Assembly (NCBI GenBank): GCA_964016885.1
Contig: OZ024740.1
Coordinates: 403,310,001-403,374,000, forward strand
From: Eledone cirrhosa
Lineage: Eukaryota
Length of the DNA stretch: 64,000 nucleotides
Direction: 5' to 3'
The notes below the pieces were generated by a model that worked only from the letters and a program-made list of their open reading frames with translations, was not told the origin of the DNA and ran no database searches. Made by a program: the position numbers and the translations under genes. Positions 57,118 to 64,000 of this stretch are shown here, piece after piece. Numbering within the stretch: position 1 is the first letter of the stretch; each line of letters starts with the position of its first letter.

Positions 57118-57238
57118 CGTGTGTGTGTGTGTGCGTGCGTGTGTGTGTGTGTGTGTGTAAGAATATTTTCGAAACAGCGAGTGGATTTGAAATTATTAGA
57201 AATGTAAGCTATCGCCGTATTTTGACTAAAGAAATTAA

Positions 57239-57380
57239 AGAAATTATTTAGCCTGATAGTGGGGTTATGAACCCTCGGAGAAATGGAAAAAGATGAGTAT
57301 TGACGTACATGTACGTCAATACTCATCTTTTTCCATTTCTCCGAGGGTTCTTAACCCCACTATCAGGCTAAATAATTTCT
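57239..57380. repeat. 142-bp near-perfect palindrome ending at TA repeats
   Basis: Centre acgtaca|tgtacgt at 57309/57310. Confidence 0.9.
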
Positions 57381-57493
57381 ATATATATAAAACGAAGGAA
57401 GTGTGGTAAGGAACCAGATGGACCATAACACACCAGAGTACTCGAAACGGCTTGAGCTCCGCCGTCCGTCAGGGACTTGAACATTTTCCTATA

Positions 57494-57524
<31 letters not shown>

Positions 57525-57529
57525 TTTTC

Positions 57530-58300
57530 CTTTCTTCGGTTTGCTTTTATCCTTGTATGTTGTTTACTTGTCTTACTCGCTTTACGCGACTCACTTGTCT
57601 CAATAGCTTTTTTTAGTTATTGCTCGCACCAACCTGAGGTATATGATTTTTAATGCGATGAAATACCAAGGATGGTTGGCAAATCACTGTCGAGGGACTA
57701 ATTTTATAATTTGTAACCCATGTGCAACCACGCAGTATTCCTCTTTCTGCTCATGTTTTTTATACATATTTACCTCGGCTGCGTTTGTCTGTTTCTCTCT
57801 TTCTCTCTTACTGCTCCGCGTTCTCTCTGTTTCTCTCACCTTCTTTCGCCCCCTCTGTCAGTTACACTTTCTCTCGACTGACCTCTTCCTCGCACTTCCA
57901 CTCACTCACTCTCTGTTTCTCCCCTTCTCACTTCCTTCCGTTTCGTTGGTAGTGGGGTTCTTTCTTTCTTTCTCACATCTCACTCACGTCGGACGGTCTG
58001 TATTCTGAACGCTCATGAAATTCACCCAGCTTATGCTGACCAGATAACCATGTTGCTTGTTTTTTTTCCTATCTTCGGTTTGCTTTTATCCTTCTATGTT
58101 GTTTACTTGTCTCACTCGCTTTATGCGACTCACTTGTCCCAATAGCTTTTTTTAGTTATTGCTCGCACCAACCTGAGGTATATGATTTTTAATGCGATGA
58201 AATACCAATGATGGTTGGCAAATCACTGACGAGGGACTAATTTTATAATATGTAACCCATGTGCAACCACGCAGTATTCCTCTTTCTTCTCATGTTTTTT
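57530..58300 (+). mobile_element. 1.4-unit tandem (539-bp period) of the permuted-hammerhead family, subfamily 1
   Basis: 57530-57760 is repeated at 58070-58300; motif copy B at 57597-57698 (CUGUCGA) and copy C at 58136-58237 (intact). Confidence 0.9.
58136..58237 (+). ncRNA. Permuted hammerhead/K-turn motif, copy C (core intact)
   Basis: gtcc-caatagc(t7)agttattg-ctcgca-ccaacc-tga-ggtat-A-tgattt-ttaatgcgat-GAA-atacc-aatgat-ggttgg-c-aaatca-CTGACGA-gggac. Confidence 0.7.
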
Positions 58301-58545
58301 ATATATATATATACATACACACACATACATACATGTGTGTGTATGTTGTTGGACACTTTATAGGAAACTTAATTATAATTAACGTTAACATGGCCTTTTC
58401 TTTTTTCTTTCGCTGCACCATTTGCAGAAAGGAATCCAAGTTCTTGGTAGGCCTAAAAAGCCATGTTCGTGTCTCCCGTGTGTGAGAAAAATGTCAAGAG
58501 ATGGCAATTCTCGAAACCGAGATGCAGCCATTATATATATATAAG

Positions 58546-58735
58546 GGTGGTGGTTTGGCAGTATCGGTAGAGGTTCGGACGCCATACTTTACAGCATAGT
58601 TAGGCCCCTTTACGTTCTGAGTTCAAATCCCGCCAAGGTTAACTTTGCCTTTCATCCTTACGGGGTCGATAAAATAAAGTACCAGTAACGTACTGGGATA
58701 ATTACTGGCCTTGTGCCGAAAGTAGAAACAATTAT
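58546..58735 (+). mobile_element. tRNA-headed SINE
   Basis: Same family as 14716-14934. Confidence 0.9.
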
Positions 58736-58739
58736 ATAT

Positions 58740-59497
58740 CTATCTAATCTATCTAGGGCGGGTAAAATTCCCGAGATCCATGGACGAGTTCTCTCCAGCG
58801 GTCTCTGTCCCTCATTATCGCTGCCATGTCCTGCGTCTCCAACAGACCAGTGTCTGTCCTCAGGGCATCAACATACGTTAACCTTGGTCTTCCTCTTCTA
58901 GTGTGTCCATGTAGGGGCTCCCACAGGAGCACTGAGTGTAATGTCAACTCTGGATGTCGGTGAGCATGTCCAGCTAACCTCAGTCTCCTCTGTGTCACTT
59001 TTGAGCTGACTTTTGGGATGCTCCCATACAGCTCTGAGTTTTTCATCCTCAGTGTATACTGATTAATGTTCAGAGCCATCCTCAGCATTCTCGTGTAGCA
59101 CCCATCCACCATCTGAGTGAGTTTCTTGGTCAGTGTCCAAGTCTCAGACCCGTACAGCAGCACAGACTCCACTACAGCAATGAAGAGGCGGATTTTCAGG
59201 TCTTTACGAAGGTCCGACTTCCACACCGATCTCAAGCTATTTTGGTGACAAATACAGTGAAGGAGGCAGAGGATTTGATGCGGGAGGTTGAGACTGTGTC
59301 GATGAGTGTGGGGCTGAGAATGAATGAGACTAAAACAAAATATCTGATAGAGAATGTTGAGAAGCCAGAGGGGATCACTAATGTAGGCGGGAAGCCGCTA
59401 GAATTGGTTGAGGGCTTCCTGTATTTGGGAGCAAAGATTGGGAATACGGAAGATGATGTGGTTGAGAGGAAGAGCAAAGCCTGGGCGGCGTGCCACA
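58740..59497 (-). mobile_element. 5'-truncated, 5'-inverted RTE-clade LINE with 12-bp TSD
   Basis: Minus ORF LRSVWKS..KIRLF..VESVLLYGSETWTLT..RRLRLAGH; plus-strand segment ..GLRMNETKTK..FLYLG..AWAACH; TSD acaattatatat at 58728-58739 and 59495-59506; (TAGA)n tail. Confidence 0.9.
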
Positions 59498-59499
59498 AT

Positions 59500-59579
<80 letters not shown>

Positions 59580-59635
59580 TGGATGAATTCTATTAAAAAA
59601 ATCAAAATTGAACACAGTCCTACTTTAAAAGTGTT

Positions 59636-60020
59636 TGAAGGATGGTGGATTGGCAGAATCAGTAGAATGTTTGATGAAATAGCATGGTGGTAGTTGTTCT
59701 GGCTTTTATTTTTTATCAACCACGTAATAATGGTTTCTGATTTAGACACAAGGCTTACAATTAGGTGGGAGGGGAAAGTTGATTAAATCGACTCCAGTGC
59801 ATTACTGGTACTTTATTTTATCAACCCCGTAAGATTGAAAAATAAAGCTAACCTCGATGGCATTTGAACTCAGAACGTAAAGAGGTATGCAGTTACGTCC
59901 CTTCACGTTTTGAGTTCATATCCTGTCGAGGTCAACTTTGCCTTTCATCCTTTCGGTGTTGGTAGAAAAAAGGTATCAGTCAAATAGTGGGGTTGATGTA
60001 ATCAATTTTCTGACCTTGTA
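59636..60020. mobile_element. Nested SINE fragments in both orientations
   Basis: Head at 59640 (+), minus-strand copy at 59730-59885, plus-strand core at 59890-60020. Confidence 0.7.
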
Positions 60021-60550
60021 CCTAAATTAGAAACCAATGTATGCTTAAAAGAACACACACACACACATACAACACATACAACACACACACACATACAACA
60101 CACACACACATACAACACACACACACATACAACACACACACACAGACACAAATAAAAATAAGTTTACAGAAGCCTACATGTTGGTTTGCAGATCGATTCT
60201 CGAATGAGGACATTTTTTTCATATCATGCATTCTGTAAGAATGCTATTATGATTAAGCAAGGTCTGAACTTTCGGTTGCTTCTTCTAGGAGTCAGTGCCG
60301 CAGGTGCACATGTACGGAAAAATTAATTACAATTGCACAAACACCCCACAGAAACACATACGCACATAAAGTGTACATACATACATATACATATACATGT
60401 ACACATGCATACATATACATGTACGTATATACATGCATACATATACATGTATATGTATGCATATATGCATATATATATATATATATATAAATGAATTCCG
60501 TCGGAAAGGTCCAGGAAAAAAGAGTGCTCTATGTAGGTTACAGAGCTTAA

Positions 60551-60811
60551 TAGTTATGTAATAAACAACATAAGGCAATTATTTCATTTACCAGTGGTTT
60601 CTTGAAAGTAAACAAATTTTGCTTTCAATCATCAGAATGAAAAAGTCCTGGTGTATTTATTGACATTGGATTTTAAAAATAAAAATATAATCTATATGAA
60701 AATGAGGCTGGAAAAGGAAGAAGGAAAGGAAAAATATACACACATGCACACACACACACACACACAATTACATACACACATATATACATACATATATATA
60801 TACATACATAT

Positions 60812-60843
<32 letters not shown>

Positions 60844-60971
60844 ACATACATACACATATAAATACACGTACAAATACACATACATATACATATACATACA
60901 TACACACATATATATCAACATATCCATACATACACATACACACAACTACACAAACACACACACACACGCAC

Positions 60972-61026
<55 letters not shown>

Positions 61027-61583
61027 TATATATATATATATATATATACATACATACACGTAATCATACATATATACACACGTACATAGACACACATACA
61101 TACACACATATATACACGCATACATACGCATGCACAAATATAGATATATGTACACACAAATAATTATAAGAAAAAATATTATAATAAAAATACCGTCACA
61201 TAAGAATAAAAATAAATGTAAAAATTATTATAAAGTTCACAGCGATACAGGCAACAAATAAATGAACAAACACACGTTGTAAGCAATACACACAATTGCA
61301 CATACACATACATACATAAAAATAAATACATACACACACACACATACATATACATATACACATACATACACATACACCATTATTTGTGTGTGTACATATA
61401 TCACAAATACACAAACACACACACACACATGTATATATATATATATATATATATATACATGTGTGTGTGTGTGTGTGTTTGTGTATTTGTGTGTATGTGT
61501 ATGTATGGATATGTTGATATATATGTGTGTATGTATGTATATGTATATGTATGTGTACGTGTATGTATATGTGTATGTATGTT

Positions 61584-61614
<31 letters not shown>

Positions 61615-61649
61615 ATATGTATGTATGTATATATATGTGTATGTATGTT

Positions 61650-61680
<31 letters not shown>

Positions 61681-61729
61681 ATATGTATGTATGTATATAT
61701 ATGTGTATGTATATATGTGTGTGTATATA

Positions 61730-61804
<75 letters not shown>

Positions 61805-61996
61805 GTGTTTATTTTTCCTTTCCTTCTTCCTTTTCCAGCCTCACTTTCATATAGATTATATTTTTGTTTTTAAAATCCAATGTCAATAAATACACCAGGA
61901 CTTTTTCATTCTGATGATTGAAAGCAAAATTTGTTTGCTTTCAAGAAACCACTGGTAAATGAAATAATTGCCTTATGTTGTTTATTACATAACTAT
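60551..61996. mobile_element. Large inverted repeat (arms ~60551-61010 / ~61407-61996) with an intact hammerhead in each arm
   Basis: Unique parts 60551-60735 and 61810-61996 are reverse complements; the CA/TA-rich interiors also mirror each other. Confidence 0.9.
61904..61964 (+). ncRNA. Type I hammerhead ribozyme (mirror copy at 60582-60642, minus strand)
   Basis: tttcatt-CTGATGA-ttgaaagcaaa-atttg-tttgctttcaa-GAAA-cc-act-gg-TA-aatgaaa. Confidence 0.92.
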
Positions 61997-62052
61997 ATAT
62001 ATATATATATAGTTACGTAATAAACAACATAAGTGGTTTCTTGAAAGCAAAC

Positions 62053-62084
<32 letters not shown>

Positions 62085-62171
62085 GGAGGTGAGTTTTATT
62101 GTAGTACAATAAAGCAATGCAGATATCGGATAAGAAGCACTCTACAGTTTGTAGGACTGGAGTATACATAA

Positions 62172-62636
<465 letters not shown>

Positions 62637-62681
62637 AAAAGGTAAACAGAAATAACAACACAATCGGTACAGTATATGGAT

Positions 62682-62718
<37 letters not shown>

Positions 62719-62744
62719 ATAATAATAAATATATATATATATAT

Positions 62745-63630
62745 ATTTATTAAAATAACAGATTAAAATTTAAGCAAAGAATCGCTGCTTTCACCCTGAA
62801 CGGGATCTTTTGAAACTAAAAAAATCAATCTGTGAACGCAGAAGTAAATATTTTAAAAAACGTTGCAACCGAAGGAGGACAGGAAAACGATACTTTGGTT
62901 CGTGGAAACGTTCCCTGGCAAAGAACGGATAAAGACAAAGATAATATGTCATAATTTGGAGCGGTGAAAACAATTACTGTATACATATAATTATATAAAC
63001 GTACGAACTATACGCGGATATTTTACGTCTTGATGTGGTAGCTAAGTATATGTTATGTTTATACCATTACTTATTTGTATAGGTAAGTATATTTTACCTG
63101 TAGTTTTGTGAAGGTACGTATACTTTCTCGTACGTATATTTGCTTGTATATGTTATGGCGTATATATTATATATACTGGTACATGTGCATATGGTTATGC
63201 GCATACGTGAGTTTTGTGTCTGTGTGAGTATGCGGGTTCGTACGTATGTAGGGTGTGTCTATATGTGTACTTTGTGTTTTGGTTGACGTACGTCTGCGTA
63301 CATATGTGTATTTAGAGGTGGTATGTGTGTGAGCGCGTTTATACGTATTTATGTGTGTATATTTATATACGTTTATATAATTATATGTATACAGTAATTG
63401 TTTTCAACGCTCCAAATTATGACGTATTATCTTTGTCTTTATCCGTTCTTTGCCAGGGAACGTTTCCACGAACCAAAATATCGTCTTCCTGTCTTCCTTC
63501 AGTTGCAACGTTTTTTGAAATATTTACTTCTGCGTTCACAGATTGATTTTTTTTAGTTTCAGTAGATCCCGTTAAGGGTGAAAGCAGTGATTCTTTGCTT
63601 AAACTTTAATCTGTTATTTTAATAAATATT
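62745..63630. mobile_element. ~260-bp diverged inverted arms (62745-63003 / 63367-63628) with a decayed hammerhead at 63555-63605
   Basis: agttt-CAGTAGA-t-ccc-gttaa-ggg-t-GAAA-gca...tgc-TT-aaact. Confidence 0.75.
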
Positions 63631-64000
63631 TGCTCTACGGTTCTTATATATTTTATATATATGTATCCTATCCGAGCCCTCTTTGGGTTTTAGTCTTCAA
63701 ACAGATCTACACAATGATCGCGTCTCGAGCTGTCTGCCGGCGAAACAATTGTAACACACAATAAATTGAGTTCAGATGCATCACCGATTTTTCGTTTTCT
63801 ATTCTCTCTCTATATATATATATATATGTGTATATATATATATATATATTAGCTCTGGACATAGCTATCCACCAGTTAATTTTATTGCTAATTTTTTGTC
63901 GATTCTATTGAGTGATGAATAGCTTTTGTTTTATTTTAACATGTCTATTGAGCACTCTAATTCGATATGTGTATTTCCACATTCACTCGAATTGTTTTCG

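Noticed and set aside
58168-58218. SECIS element or box C/D snoRNA reading of the UGA/GA motif
   Set aside because: The K-turn polarity is opposite to SECIS (the apical loop is on the canonical helix) and there is no long helix II; the D-like box precedes the C-like box and no guide region is evident.
58136-58237. Ordinary type I or type II hammerhead reading
   Set aside because: There is no GAAA after the CUGANGA-GGAC arm and none following the upstream GUCC; only the permuted arrangement satisfies all core elements.
63735-63760. cgaaacaattgta half-hammerhead
   Set aside because: No matching CUGANGA or stem I found upstream.

Overview
AT-rich, microsatellite-saturated animal genomic DNA. 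The repeat content resembles an octopod cephalopod, which is my inference and is not verified. Almost all ORFs in the supplied track are microsatellite artefacts. Real content: (1) a cluster of L1/Tx1-clade LINEs, including one near-intact full-length copy at ~24.6-30.7 kb, chained with tRNA-derived SINEs through (ATT)n tails; (2) fragments of R4/Dong, CRE and RTE retrotransposons, a mariner transposase fragment and small MITEs; (3) two Penelope-like element (PLE) coding remnants; (4) about 14 distinct families of short (TA)n-embedded insertions that are tandem or fold-back and carry type I hammerhead ribozymes (HHRs), mostly minimal with a palindromic stem III; (5) two candidate host exons near 50 kb. 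The most striking signal is a repeat family (5 motif copies, 2 divergent subfamilies) in which all hammerhead core elements are present in a non-circularly permuted, pseudoknotted order. Its stems I and III covary between subfamilies, and a canonical kink-turn extends stem III. All structures were read by eye; no folding or database searches were run.
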